A stretch of 64,000 nucleotides of DNA from Gammaproteobacteria bacterium. Its GTDB lineage: Bacteria; Pseudomonadota; Gammaproteobacteria; Eutrophobiales; Eutrophobiaceae. Positions 18,254-27,697 of the stretch are shown here, in pieces. The DNA lies in the NCBI GenBank assembly GCA_963422205.2, contig CAXMWX010000005.1:128001-192000 (forward strand). The letters are read 5' to 3'. Under the pieces are notes generated by a model that was given only the letters and a program-made list of their open reading frames with translations, made no database searches and had not been told where the DNA came from. A program made the position numbers and the translations under genes. Within the stretch, counting starts at the first letter, position 1. Each line of letters begins with the position of its first letter.

Positions 18254-19747
18254 ATGAACCTGTTCGATCGGTTTGCCAGCGCCTATGCCAAAGATAAGGC
18301 AAGACCCGTCTTCCTGCATGAGGGCATTTCATTTCATGAGATAGAAAAACGCTCCGCCCAATATGCCAACCTGATAGGCGAGTTGGGGATACACACCGGC
18401 GATCGTGTTTGCATCTGTACCGAGAAGTGTATCGAATGGCTGCTTTTGTATCTGGGTTGCCTTCGCAGCGGCGCCATAGTCCAGCCGCTCAACCCCGACT
18501 TCACGCAAACTGAAATACGATACTATCTCAACGATGCCAGACCATTAGTGATTATCTGTAAACAAAGCCGGTATGGCGAGCTATCTGAATGGGCATCAGG
18601 CGATGGAATCCGTACCGTCCTGACACTGGATGCAGATAACAGCGGCAGCCTGGTCAGGCAAAGCCAGCAGTGCAGGGATACCTTCACCACGACTACAAGC
18701 CAGGCGGACGATCTGGCGGCACTGCTGTACTCTTCCGGTACAACTGGCAAACCCAAGGGCATCCCCATCAGCCACGGCAATTTGATCGCCAATGCAACCG
18801 CCTTGGTAGCCGCCTGGGGTATGAGTGCCGATGATGTCTTGTTACATGCCCTGCCGCTGTTCCATGTACATGGTTTATTCATCGCCCTGGGCACGGCGCT
18901 CGCCGCCGGCAGCCAGATCATCCTGCTGCACAAATTTACTGTCGATGGTGTGCTTCAGGCAATGCCCGATGCCAGCGTGTTTATGGCGGTGCCGACTTAC
19001 TACACCCGCCTGCTGGCCGATGTGCGTTTTGATAAAACATGCTGTCAGCAGATCCGTTTGTTCACCTGTGGCTCTGCGCCCTTGCTGGCGGCAACCTTTG
19101 CCGAGATAGCACAACGCACCGGCCATCAGCCACTGGAGCGTTACGGCATGACCGAAGCGGCCGGGGTGATCACCAGCAACGCCTTAAACGGCGAGCGCCG
19201 GGCAGGCTCAGTCGGCCAGCCGCTGCCGGGGTTGTCCATCAAAATCATTGATGATCATAATGCACCAGTGAGACCGGGCGAGAGGGGCGAGCTTGTCGTC
19301 AAAGGTTCGAGTATTTTCTCCGGTTACTGGCAGCGCCCGGAGGCCACCGCCGCCGCCTTCACCGAAGCGGGTTATTTTCGTACCGGCGATATCGCAAGGA
19401 TAAGCGAAGATGGCCATATTCAGATCGTTGGCAGATGTACGGAGCTGATCATCTCTGCTGGTGAGAACATCTACCCTAAGGAAATCGAAGCGTGCCTGAA
19501 TAACATAAGCGGCATCATCGAATCTGCCGTCATTGGAATCCCGCATACCGATCTCGGCGAGCAGGTCTGTGCCATCATCGTCACTGAAGAAGGTTTTACA
19601 TGCACCGAAGAGGATTTAAAAGCGGCATTAAAACAACGACTCGCCCGCTTCAAAGTACCACGCACGATCCACACCATCGAGCGCTTGCCAAGAAATGCGA
19701 TGGGCAAGGTGCAGAAGCACATCTTGCGTAGGACGTATACGGCTTGA
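18254..19747 (+). CDS. Acyl-CoA synthetase, malonyl-CoA synthetase (MatB)-like
   Basis: YSSGTTGKPKG, HALPLFHVHGL, ERYGMTE and PRNAMGKVQK motifs. Confidence 0.85.
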   Translation: MNLFDRFASAYAKDKARPVFLHEGISFHEIEKRSAQYANLIGELGIHTGDRVCICTEKCIEWLLLYLGCLRSGAIVQPLNPDFTQTEIRYYLNDARPLVIICKQSRYGELSEWASGDGIRTVLTLDADNSGSLVRQSQQCRDTFTTTTSQADDLAALLYSSGTTGKPKGIPISHGNLIANATALVAAWGMSADDVLLHALPLFHVHGLFIALGTALAAGSQIILLHKFTVDGVLQAMPDASVFMAVPTYYTRLLADVRFDKTCCQQIRLFTCGSAPLLAATFAEIAQRTGHQPLERYGMTEAAGVITSNALNGERRAGSVGQPLPGLSIKIIDDHNAPVRPGERGELVVKGSSIFSGYWQRPEATAAAFTEAGYFRTGDIARISEDGHIQIVGRCTELIISAGENIYPKEIEACLNNISGIIESAVIGIPHTDLGEQVCAIIVTEEGFTCTEEDLKAALKQRLARFKVPRTIHTIERLPRNAMGKVQKHILRRTYTA

Positions 19748-19806
19748 ACTCCATACTATGCAGGAAGTATGAAGGCTTATATCACCATTACCCTGTCAGC
19801 GATTAC

Positions 19807-20538
19807 CTAATACAACACCCAGGCCAGGTAGAGCAGCTTGATTGCAAACGCCGTCATCGCCAGCCTGAAGAAGAAGCGGAATTTATTCTCAGAGAGACAA
19901 TGCAGGAGCTGCCGCCCGGCTATGGCGCCGGGGATCCCGGCCAGGATGGCGGCAATGATCACGACCAGCCATTCGCTGTAGTCAAAGCCCTGCAACGTAT
20001 AGGCACTGATCTTTAACAGGTTCATGAATAACAATCCGGCGGCCAGTGTGGCCACGATCTTAAAACGTGACATGGCCTGGCGAAGCATGATCGGCTGAAA
20101 CAAACCGCCGAAAGAAAACAGCGTGGAAAAAAATGAATGCAGCACACCCACACAGAAAAACGGCCTGGGTATAGTGATATGCCATGTGATCGCCGGCACC
20201 CAGGTGGCCAGCAGGATGAACAGGGCAATGACCAAGGCGATCAGAAATGCGGGCAGATGAAAGTACAGCGGCGATGCACTGAATGCACCGATGATGCTGC
20301 CAGAGGCAAACGGGATGACGATCCGCCATTGAATATCTCTCCAGAAGGCAAACGTGCGCCCTAATGACAGGCCCAGCATCATGGGGCTGTGCAGCGGCAC
20401 CACATACTGCATCGGTAATACATTCGACAGCACGGCAATCATGATAAACCCGCCACCCACCGCAAATGCGGAGCTTACCAGGGCGGCGAGAAAAGCGGAG
20501 ATGATGATCAGTATGGCAAGCGGATCAGTCAGCGGCAT
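19807..20538 (-). CDS. TauE/SafE (TSUP) family membrane transporter, in frame with the upstream isomerase
   Basis: About 8 hydrophobic segments and AVGGGFIMI; internal ATG at 20538. Confidence 0.8.
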   Translation of the reverse strand: MPLTDPLAILIIISAFLAALVSSAFAVGGGFIMIAVLSNVLPMQYVVPLHSPMMLGLSLGRTFAFWRDIQWRIVIPFASGSIIGAFSASPLYFHLPAFLIALVIALFILLATWVPAITWHITIPRPFFCVGVLHSFFSTLFSFGGLFQPIMLRQAMSRFKIVATLAAGLLFMNLLKISAYTLQGFDYSEWLVVIIAAILAGIPGAIAGRQLLHCLSENKFRFFFRLAMTAFAIKLLYLAWVLY

Positions 20539-20943
20539 GGTGTGCCGTGCCTTATGTTTTATCTTTAAGGTGCTGAGGTGGATGTTGTTTTGTTTGTAGC
20601 TGAGCACCGGATCGGCCTCATACATATAATAAGAGATGGCGAGTAACCTGGAGTTATCGCTATCGGCAAGACATGCCGCCAGCGTGTCAAACACCTGCTG
20701 ACCGGCGGCTTTTTTCACCGCCAGCGAGCGCCCGCCACCCAGGATGCCGGTCAAATGCACAAAGGCATAATCCGCCTTGCCATCAGCGATCAGATAATCC
20801 TCATAGCAAACTGCCCTGAGACGAATGCCCGCCAAAGGAAATAGGCCGGTGGCAACCGCTGCATCACGTAATTCTTTCAGGATATACGCCACATCAATGT
20901 CGTCCTCCAGGTTGGCCGAGTATTCCAGGATAAAATGCGGCAT
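20539..20943 (-). CDS. hpaF: 5-carboxymethyl-2-hydroxymuconate isomerase (no stop; reads through into the TSUP gene)
   Basis: MPHFILEYSANL (catalytic Pro), GLFPLAGIRLRA, AFVH and KQNNIH motifs; ATG overlaps the upstream TGA. Confidence 0.88.
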
Positions 20944-21764
20944 CAGTTCACTGTCATCACCGCGATGGTGCAACCAACGGCAAAGACCGGGATCGGCTCA
21001 TAGAACCAAATCTCGCCGGTTGCCCCTTCAGTGGCGCCGGCAATGCTGATAAGTGTGCGGATCTCAAAGCCTCCCTGCCCGGCATCCCGGTAGGTCGCCG
21101 CATCGGTATAGGCGAGCAGATCCGCTTTGCGGTTATGAATGAGATGATCCAGAAACTGCCTGTCCCACGGCTCATTTATCGTGCCTGAGTCCGGCGTGGC
21201 CGGCCAATGTGATATGCCACCGGTACCGACGATGGCGATGCGCTCCGGGATGGCATCGCAGGCCTGGCGCACGGCACGCCCGAATGCGTACGCCCGGTGC
21301 AATGGCGTTAAAGGCGGTGCCTGACAATTTATATTCACCGGAATCACCGGCAGGCTGTTATCCGGGTTGAGAAAATGTAACGGCACCATGATACCGTGAT
21401 CGAATTTCCATTCTTCACAAAAGCCAACATCAACCTCCTGCATAACGTCAGCGATGATCTTTTTAGAGAGATCAGGACAGCCGGGGATCTGGCGGCGCTT
21501 GATCTTGAGCCAGTCCTCATCTTCAATCGGCCCCTCGTAGTCCGCCGCCATGCCCATAGCAAAGGGTGGCATGTTGTTGAAGAAAAAATTCCCGAAGTGC
21601 TCGGCAGCGATCACCATCAAGGCATCGGGCTGGCTGGCCTTGATCGCTGTACGCATACGCTCAAAGCCCGCATACAGGCGATGGCACTGGGCAGGATCGG
21701 CCAGCTCCCTGCGGCCGGTGATGCCGGGGGCATGACTGCATACGCCTGCAAAGACCAGACTCAT
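20943..21764 (-). CDS. Class III extradiol dioxygenase, LigB-like beta subunit
   Basis: SHAPG, EHFGNFF, FDHGIMVP, GTGGISHWP and GGFEIR motifs. Confidence 0.88.
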   Translation of the reverse strand: MSLVFAGVCSHAPGITGRRELADPAQCHRLYAGFERMRTAIKASQPDALMVIAAEHFGNFFFNNMPPFAMGMAADYEGPIEDEDWLKIKRRQIPGCPDLSKKIIADVMQEVDVGFCEEWKFDHGIMVPLHFLNPDNSLPVIPVNINCQAPPLTPLHRAYAFGRAVRQACDAIPERIAIVGTGGISHWPATPDSGTINEPWDRQFLDHLIHNRKADLLAYTDAATYRDAGQGGFEIRTLISIAGATEGATGEIWFYEPIPVFAVGCTIAVMTVN

Positions 21765-21768
21765 GCCC

Positions 21769-22119
21769 TCACCTGTGCTTGCCCGACTGTTCTATTTCCT
21801 GCACGCCGGGCGGCAGGGTTTCACCCAGGGTGGCATAGAGGCCGGCCCGTGGCTGACCGTATCTCTCCAGCCCCTCGCGCAACATATGCAGATAATCAAA
21901 CCAGGCAATCTGATGCAGTGCGGCATAGTGCATCAACAACTGCCCGTTCACACCCAACACATACAACAAGCCGATATCCGGTTGCTTGATGGCCGCCAGT
22001 TCTTCATCAGTCATTGGATAGGCTTCCAATAACGTATCCCGATCGTTCTCAAAACAGGCGCGCACCTTAGGGTCGCGATTTAATTCATAGATCAACTTTT
22101 GGACGTAGTACAGGCTCAT
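21769..22119 (-). CDS. LigA-like dioxygenase alpha subunit
   Basis: 116 aa helical protein with RACFEND..LLEAYPMTDEELAAI..DIGLLYVLGVN, directly upstream of the LigB-like gene. Confidence 0.75.
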   Translation of the reverse strand: MSLYYVQKLIYELNRDPKVRACFENDRDTLLEAYPMTDEELAAIKQPDIGLLYVLGVNGQLLMHYAALHQIAWFDYLHMLREGLERYGQPRAGLYATLGETLPPGVQEIEQSGKHR

Positions 22120-22122
22120 GGC

Positions 22123-23637
22123 TTATCTGCCTAACACCGGGATCTTGTGCCGACCATGGGCAAGGCAGATATTTTTCGTTTCCATGTAAAAATCAAAACT
22201 GTAATCGCCGCCATCCCGACCAATACCGCTGTACTTCATGCCACCAAACGGCGATGGCAGGTTGCGATTGTTCTCTGAATTGACCCAGATCATACCGGCC
22301 TCAATCGCCTCGGCCATGCGAAGCCCGCGGCTGCCATCATTGGTCCAGACATAGCCGGTCAAGCCATAATCGGTATCGTTGGCAATCGCCACCGCTTCGG
22401 CTTCACTCGCAAAAGGGATCGCTGTCAATACCGGCCCGAAGATCTCTTCCCGAGCGATCCGCATCGTGTTATCCGCCTGGGTAAACAGGGTCGGCTGCAC
22501 GTAATTACCCGGCCCGTCAATAGCACGGCCACCGGCGGCGATGTGCGCCCCCTCGGCGATGGCCGTGTCCATATAACTGAGGACTTTTTCATGGTGCGAG
22601 GGATGAATTAAGGGCCCGACCTCGGTATGCGGGTCTAACGGGTGGCCCACTTTGATCGCCTGTATCCGTTTGATTAATGCAGCGATAAACTCATCCTCCA
22701 AAGTACGTTGGACAAGCAGGCGGCTGCTGGAGGTACAGCGCTGACCATTCAAGCTGTAAATCATGAAGATAACCGCATCAAGGGCGCGCTCAACATCGCA
22801 ATCATCAAACACGATCACCGGATTTTTACCCCCTAACTCAACATGCACACGCTTTAAGGTGGCTGCCCCCTGTGCCATGATTCGGCTGCCGGTCACGGTC
22901 TCGCCAACAAAGCCGATGGCCTTTACCGCCGGATGCTCGGTCAGTGCCTTGCCAGCGACTTCGCCAAGCCCATTCACAGTATTCCAGACGCCTGCTGGCA
23001 GGCCGGCCTCCTCGCTGATCTCCGCCAGGATCATGGCCGTCAACGGGCTGAACTCGGCCGGCTTGTGTACGATGGTGCAGCCGGCGGCCAGCGCTGGTGC
23101 GATCTTCCAGGTGGCGAGCATGAATGGTGTGTTCCAGGGCGTGATCACACCGACCGGGCCGATGGGAAAACGCTTGGTATAATTAAGATGGTGTTCCTGA
23201 TGCAAGGCCAAACCGTTAGCCGCCTCGGGTGCTTTACTGGCAAAAAAACGCAAGTTCTCTGCCCCCCGGATGGCAGCGGCCTTCATAAAACGGATGGCCT
23301 GGCCGGAGTCCATGCTCTCCACCAGCGCGATCTCCTCAGCCCGCTTTGTGATTAAGTCCGCCAGTTGGTTTAATCGCTGCTTGCGTACCTTGCCGGAGGT
23401 CTGCCGCCACTCCTCAAATGCAGCCGCTGCCCCCGTGCAGGCCAGCGCAATATCCTCCGCCGTACCCGCCGCCACCTGACCGATGACAGAATTATCGACC
23501 GGCGTTAAGTTCTCAAACGTCTTGCCCCCGGCCGGGCTGACAAATGCACCATTGATGTAATGCCCGGTCACGTTATCCCGAAAGCGTTGCAGGTATTTCT
23601 CTGCCTGTCGGATGTTGTGTTTCAACTCATGGTGCAT
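22123..23637 (-). CDS. hpaE: 5-carboxymethyl-2-hydroxymuconate semialdehyde dehydrogenase
   Basis: ALDH motifs ITPWNTPFMLATWK, ELGGK, YSLNGQRCTSSSR and EIFGPV; start likely 23637. Confidence 0.9.
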   Translation of the reverse strand: MHHELKHNIRQAEKYLQRFRDNVTGHYINGAFVSPAGGKTFENLTPVDNSVIGQVAAGTAEDIALACTGAAAAFEEWRQTSGKVRKQRLNQLADLITKRAEEIALVESMDSGQAIRFMKAAAIRGAENLRFFASKAPEAANGLALHQEHHLNYTKRFPIGPVGVITPWNTPFMLATWKIAPALAAGCTIVHKPAEFSPLTAMILAEISEEAGLPAGVWNTVNGLGEVAGKALTEHPAVKAIGFVGETVTGSRIMAQGAATLKRVHVELGGKNPVIVFDDCDVERALDAVIFMIYSLNGQRCTSSSRLLVQRTLEDEFIAALIKRIQAIKVGHPLDPHTEVGPLIHPSHHEKVLSYMDTAIAEGAHIAAGGRAIDGPGNYVQPTLFTQADNTMRIAREEIFGPVLTAIPFASEAEAVAIANDTDYGLTGYVWTNDGSRGLRMAEAIEAGMIWVNSENNRNLPSPFGGMKYSGIGRDGGDYSFDFYMETKNICLAHGRHKIPVLGR

Positions 23638-24397
23638 TGCGCTGCTCCAGATACTCCTGCTCACTGATAATATAGCTGGTCAGGCGACCAATGTGTTCGA
23701 TTTCAATGCTGACCTCATCACCCGGCACCACATTCGACAAGCCCTTGGGGGTGCCGGTGGAGATCATATCGCCCGGCACCAGCGTCATACAGGCACTTAG
23801 GTATTCAATTAAAAATGTGATGCTGAAGATCATGTCCTGCGTGTGGCCTTGCTGTTTGATCTCGCCATTGACATAGGTACGCAAGGCCAGATTCTGCGGG
23901 TCGGGGATGTCTTCCTTATCCACAATATACGGGCCCAGCACGGTCAAGGTATCTCGGTTCTTTACTCTCAAGTTGGGCCGGTAGTAGTTCTCCAGATAAT
24001 CCCGAATGGCATAATCGTTACACAGGGTATAGCCGGCCACATAATCCATCGCCTCCTGCTGTGTCACCTTGCGGGCGGTTTTGCCAATCACGGCCACCAG
24101 CTCACACTCATAGTGCATATACGCCACCTCATCAGGCCGCATCACCTCAGCCCCATGACCAACCACGGTCGATGCGGTCTTCAAAAACAGCAGCGGCTCT
24201 TCAGGGGCGGTGAATTGCAACTCAGCCGCATGGTCAACATAGTTCAGGCCCAGCGCAATCATCGTGCCGTGTGGCGGCGCACACCAGGCAACATCACCTG
24301 GCTTGATATGGGCACCAGCCGTGGTCAGGAGATCACCATCAGGCTGAACCGTTACCGGTAGGGTGCGGCCATTGTGCTTGACCCAGGCGTGCTTCAT
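23627..24397 (-). CDS. hpaG: HpaG C-terminal-type subunit (FAA hydrolase family decarboxylase/isomerase)
   Basis: ALGLNYVDHA, MHYECEL and NDYAIRDYLENYYRPNLRVK motifs. Confidence 0.9.
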   Translation of the reverse strand: MKHAWVKHNGRTLPVTVQPDGDLLTTAGAHIKPGDVAWCAPPHGTMIALGLNYVDHAAELQFTAPEEPLLFLKTASTVVGHGAEVMRPDEVAYMHYECELVAVIGKTARKVTQQEAMDYVAGYTLCNDYAIRDYLENYYRPNLRVKNRDTLTVLGPYIVDKEDIPDPQNLALRTYVNGEIKQQGHTQDMIFSITFLIEYLSACMTLVPGDMISTGTPKGLSNVVPGDEVSIEIEHIGRLTSYIISEQEYLEQRNAP

Positions 24398-25185
24398 GCG
24401 CTCAAACCATTGGCATAATATTCTGCTTCACTGACGATGTAGCTGGTCAATGTCCCCACCCCGGCTATCATCACCTGCACTTCATCGCCCACCTGCACCT
24501 TCGGGCGTGCCGCCGGGAAACCGGTGACAAGCACGTCATCTGCCTGCAAGGTCATAAAATCACTCACTGCCTGAATCAACTGTGGGAGGGATAGGATCAT
24601 GTCGGCTGTGCTGGCCTGCTGTTTGACTTCCCCGTTGATCATGGTCTGGATCTTCAGCAGATGAGGATCGGCAATCGCCGCTTTATTGATGATGGCCGGG
24701 CCCAGGGGGCCGGACGAATCGAAACACTTGCTGATGACCGGTGGGCGAAAAAAGCTCACCTCCGGCAGGCTGAAGTCATTGAACACGGTATAGCCGGCCA
24801 CGTAATCCATGGCCGCCTCAGCAGGGATCTTAAAACCTGACTCGGCCATCACCACGGCCAGGGCAGCACCGGCCACCATGGCCTCAGCCGAATCAGGAAA
24901 TTGCACCAGGGCATTGTGCGCGGTAATGGTATTTTCCGGTTTGATAAAAAAGCAAGGTGCCCGGGGCGGCGATTGGTAAGGTGCGGTGCTGAACTTCTCT
25001 GCAAGCCCGGCATAGTGTTGCCGGTAGTTCAATGCCGCACAGATAACCGCATGATGCGGCGGCACCAACCAGATGAACTCATCCTCGCCCAGATGGCATC
25101 CGGCAACCACCGGCCTGCCCTGTGCATCCAGCGCAACCTGCAACTCCTCTGCCTCGTGGAGGATCTGTGCCATCGCTGTACCCAT
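24394..25185 (-). CDS. hpaG: HpaG N-terminal-type subunit (FAA hydrolase family)
   Basis: APYQSPPRAPCFFIKPENT and NDFSLPEVSFFRPPV motifs. Confidence 0.85.
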   Translation of the reverse strand: MGTAMAQILHEAEELQVALDAQGRPVVAGCHLGEDEFIWLVPPHHAVICAALNYRQHYAGLAEKFSTAPYQSPPRAPCFFIKPENTITAHNALVQFPDSAEAMVAGAALAVVMAESGFKIPAEAAMDYVAGYTVFNDFSLPEVSFFRPPVISKCFDSSGPLGPAIINKAAIADPHLLKIQTMINGEVKQQASTADMILSLPQLIQAVSDFMTLQADDVLVTGFPAARPKVQVGDEVQVMIAGVGTLTSYIVSEAEYYANGLSA

Positions 25186-25187
25186 GC

Positions 25188-25988
25188 CTAATCACTGCCG
25201 CCCGGTCGGTTTGCTGTGGTATCTGGCATCACTTCCCGAACAACACGGGCGGTGCCCTCGGCGAGCAACAAGGTGTCCACCGCCACCCCCACAAAGCGGG
25301 CGCCCGCTGCCAGATACGTTGCCAGCAGCGACTTATCCAGAGACAACACCCCGGCAAACTTGCCCATGGCCGTGATGTCACGCATGGCTTGTTCAATCGT
25401 ATTGACAACGGCTGGATGCCCCGCATGGCCGAGATGCCCCATGGAGGCAGACAGATCAGCCGGGCCGATAAAAATACCATCCACACCGGCCACACCGGCA
25501 ATCGCCTTGAGGTTCTCTATGCCCCTGGTGGTCTCGACCTGCACGATGATGCACATTTCATTGTTGGCCTGATGCAGGTAGTCTGTCACCCGATTCCAGC
25601 GGGCAGCACGTGCCAGCGCCGTGCCAAGGCCACGCACACCTTCCGGCGGGTAGTAAACCGATTGCACGATGCGCTCCGCCTGCCCGGCTGATTCCACCAT
25701 CGGTAGCAACAGGGTTTGCGCCCCCAGATCGAGCAGCTGTTTGAGCAGGTTGCGATCATCACTGGGCGGCCTGACAATGGCCGGGACGGCATAAGCGGCG
25801 ATGGTTTGCAGATATGAGAGGATATCGGCCAGATGAAACGGGGCATGTTCGGCATCGATCAATAACCAGTCAAACCCGGCACCGGCACAGATCTCTGCGC
25901 TGGTGGTGTCGGCAATGCCTGCCCAGAGACCGTATTGCACATCGCCTTGCTGCAATTTCTGCTTCAGTGTATTTTTCGGTATTTGCAT
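25188..25988 (-). CDS. hpaI: 4-hydroxy-2-oxoheptanedioate aldolase (HpcH/HpaI)
   Basis: GFDWLLIDAEHAP, LARAARWN, VQVET and FIGPADLSASMG motifs. Confidence 0.92.
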   Translation of the reverse strand: MQIPKNTLKQKLQQGDVQYGLWAGIADTTSAEICAGAGFDWLLIDAEHAPFHLADILSYLQTIAAYAVPAIVRPPSDDRNLLKQLLDLGAQTLLLPMVESAGQAERIVQSVYYPPEGVRGLGTALARAARWNRVTDYLHQANNEMCIIVQVETTRGIENLKAIAGVAGVDGIFIGPADLSASMGHLGHAGHPAVVNTIEQAMRDITAMGKFAGVLSLDKSLLATYLAAGARFVGVAVDTLLLAEGTARVVREVMPDTTANRPGGSD

Positions 25989-25996
25989 GGCTGAGG

Positions 25997-26800
25997 TTAC
26001 ACAAACTGACAGGCGAGCTCTCCCAACGGCCCGTAATCCGCCCGGATGTGATCGCCCGCTTTCACGCCCACCGGCCGGGTAAATGAGCCTGCCAGAATCA
26101 CCTGCCCGGGCTCAAGGCCAACGCCATGTCGGGCAAACCGTTTTGCCACCCAGATAATGCCGTTGGCCGGATGATCCAGCACCGCCGCCGCCAGGCCGGT
26201 CTCTTCCACTGCATCGTTTTTATACAACATCGCCCCTGCCCAGCGCAGGTCGACAGCGCCCGGCGGCAGGCGCTGCTCGCCCATAATGACCGCCGCATTG
26301 CCCGCATTATCGGCTATGGTATCGAACACCGTGCGGGTGTAACCGCTGTCAGGATCGATCCGATAACTGCGGGCGGCGATCAATTCCAGGGCCGGGGTAA
26401 TGTAATCGGTGGCATCTAGCACATCGTCCACACTGACATCTTCACCCCGAAGCGGTGCTTTTAGAATAAAGGCAAGCTCCACTTCAATGTACGGATCAGT
26501 GAAATCGCCCGCCCTTATCGTATCGCCGTTGTTATAAAACATCTCATCCAGCAAGGTGCCATAATCCGGCTCATCAATATTCATCGCCTTCTGCATGGCC
26601 TTTGAGGTCAGGCCGACCTTGTAGCCTGTCAGCACAGCCCCTTCAGCGATCTTGATATCCACCCAGGCCCGCTGGATGGCATAGGCATCGTCCATGTCCA
26701 TGGCGGGATGGCGTAGGGTCGTTGCCGGTATTTGCTGACGATGACGCTCGGCACGATGCAGGGCGCGGGCGATTTGTCTTACCTTCGCTGCCGTCAACAT
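25997..26800 (-). CDS. hpaH: 2-oxo-hept-3-ene-1,7-dioate hydratase
   Basis: KVGLTSKAMQ..IDEPDYG, IEVELAF, VFDTIADNA and LAGSFTRP motifs. Confidence 0.92.
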   Translation of the reverse strand: MLTAAKVRQIARALHRAERHRQQIPATTLRHPAMDMDDAYAIQRAWVDIKIAEGAVLTGYKVGLTSKAMQKAMNIDEPDYGTLLDEMFYNNGDTIRAGDFTDPYIEVELAFILKAPLRGEDVSVDDVLDATDYITPALELIAARSYRIDPDSGYTRTVFDTIADNAGNAAVIMGEQRLPPGAVDLRWAGAMLYKNDAVEETGLAAAVLDHPANGIIWVAKRFARHGVGLEPGQVILAGSFTRPVGVKAGDHIRADYGPLGELACQFV

Positions 26801-26989
26801 GGCCTATCTCGCCAGGATGTCTCTTCCATGCACGGCGATTAGCCGCTGGGGTGATGTATGCAAACCATCCCACTGTTTTTTACTGAAACGCCGCTGCATG
26901 GACACATACTCACATTCAATCAATGGGGCGATATTTTCATATAACCTGTTGCCCTTGCAGGTCATCCTGATACAGCGCCTTCGCCATCA

Positions 26990-27697
26990 TCAGGAGGTTT
27001 TCTCGCCCTGCCCGCCCCCATTTTTTTCGATCCTTTTCGGGAAATTCCTGATGAACTCTGGGTCGGATAACTCCAGATGGGCATAGATCGTATCGATGCT
27101 ATCCCACAGGGCATCATAGTGAATGCAAAGCGCATCGGCACGGCTCATCCAGGTACGTATTTGTCTGGCCACGGCACACTTAAAGAAGAACGCGTTGATT
27201 GGCCAGGGCAATAAGACACCTGCCAGGCTGCCCAGCTTGGCAGACTGAAGGCACAGTAGATTGCGCCGATGCAGGCTGGCACAGATATCCTCAATGTCGC
27301 GGTATAAAAAAATGAATTTAATACTCGCCTGACTCCCTCGGTATACGTTGTGCGGGGGAGGGAACGGTGCATGCTTCAAGCCATCTCGGTCGTTCTGGTC
27401 ATTCACAGGTATAAAATGCGCCAGATACGTGATCAAAAATGTGGTGGCCGATCCTCCTGTCGAGCTGACGATGCAGGCCTTTTGTGTACCGTGCTCGGCC
27501 AGAAAATCCCGGTAGTTTTTGTGCGTGAGATTTCTTCTGTACCATTGCAGATAATATCGGATGCTAAGCAAAGCACACCATACAGGTGTGCTAACTAAAA
27601 ATCGCTTTATCCGTTGTTGGCCTCTGATCAGATCACGCATCAGGTTAAGGGGCTCGCTGTGTGTTGGTGAGTATTGCCTAACATAGCTATTGGTCAT
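26990..27697 (-). CDS. Hypothetical protein, possible sulfotransferase-like P-loop fold (start uncertain)
   Basis: IVSSTGGSATTFL, GLKH, FIFLYRDIEDICASLHRR and IHYDAL resemble 5'-PSB/3'-PB-type sulfotransferase elements. Confidence 0.45.
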   Translation of the reverse strand: MTNSYVRQYSPTHSEPLNLMRDLIRGQQRIKRFLVSTPVWCALLSIRYYLQWYRRNLTHKNYRDFLAEHGTQKACIVSSTGGSATTFLITYLAHFIPVNDQNDRDGLKHAPFPPPHNVYRGSQASIKFIFLYRDIEDICASLHRRNLLCLQSAKLGSLAGVLLPWPINAFFFKCAVARQIRTWMSRADALCIHYDALWDSIDTIYAHLELSDPEFIRNFPKRIEKNGGGQGEKTS

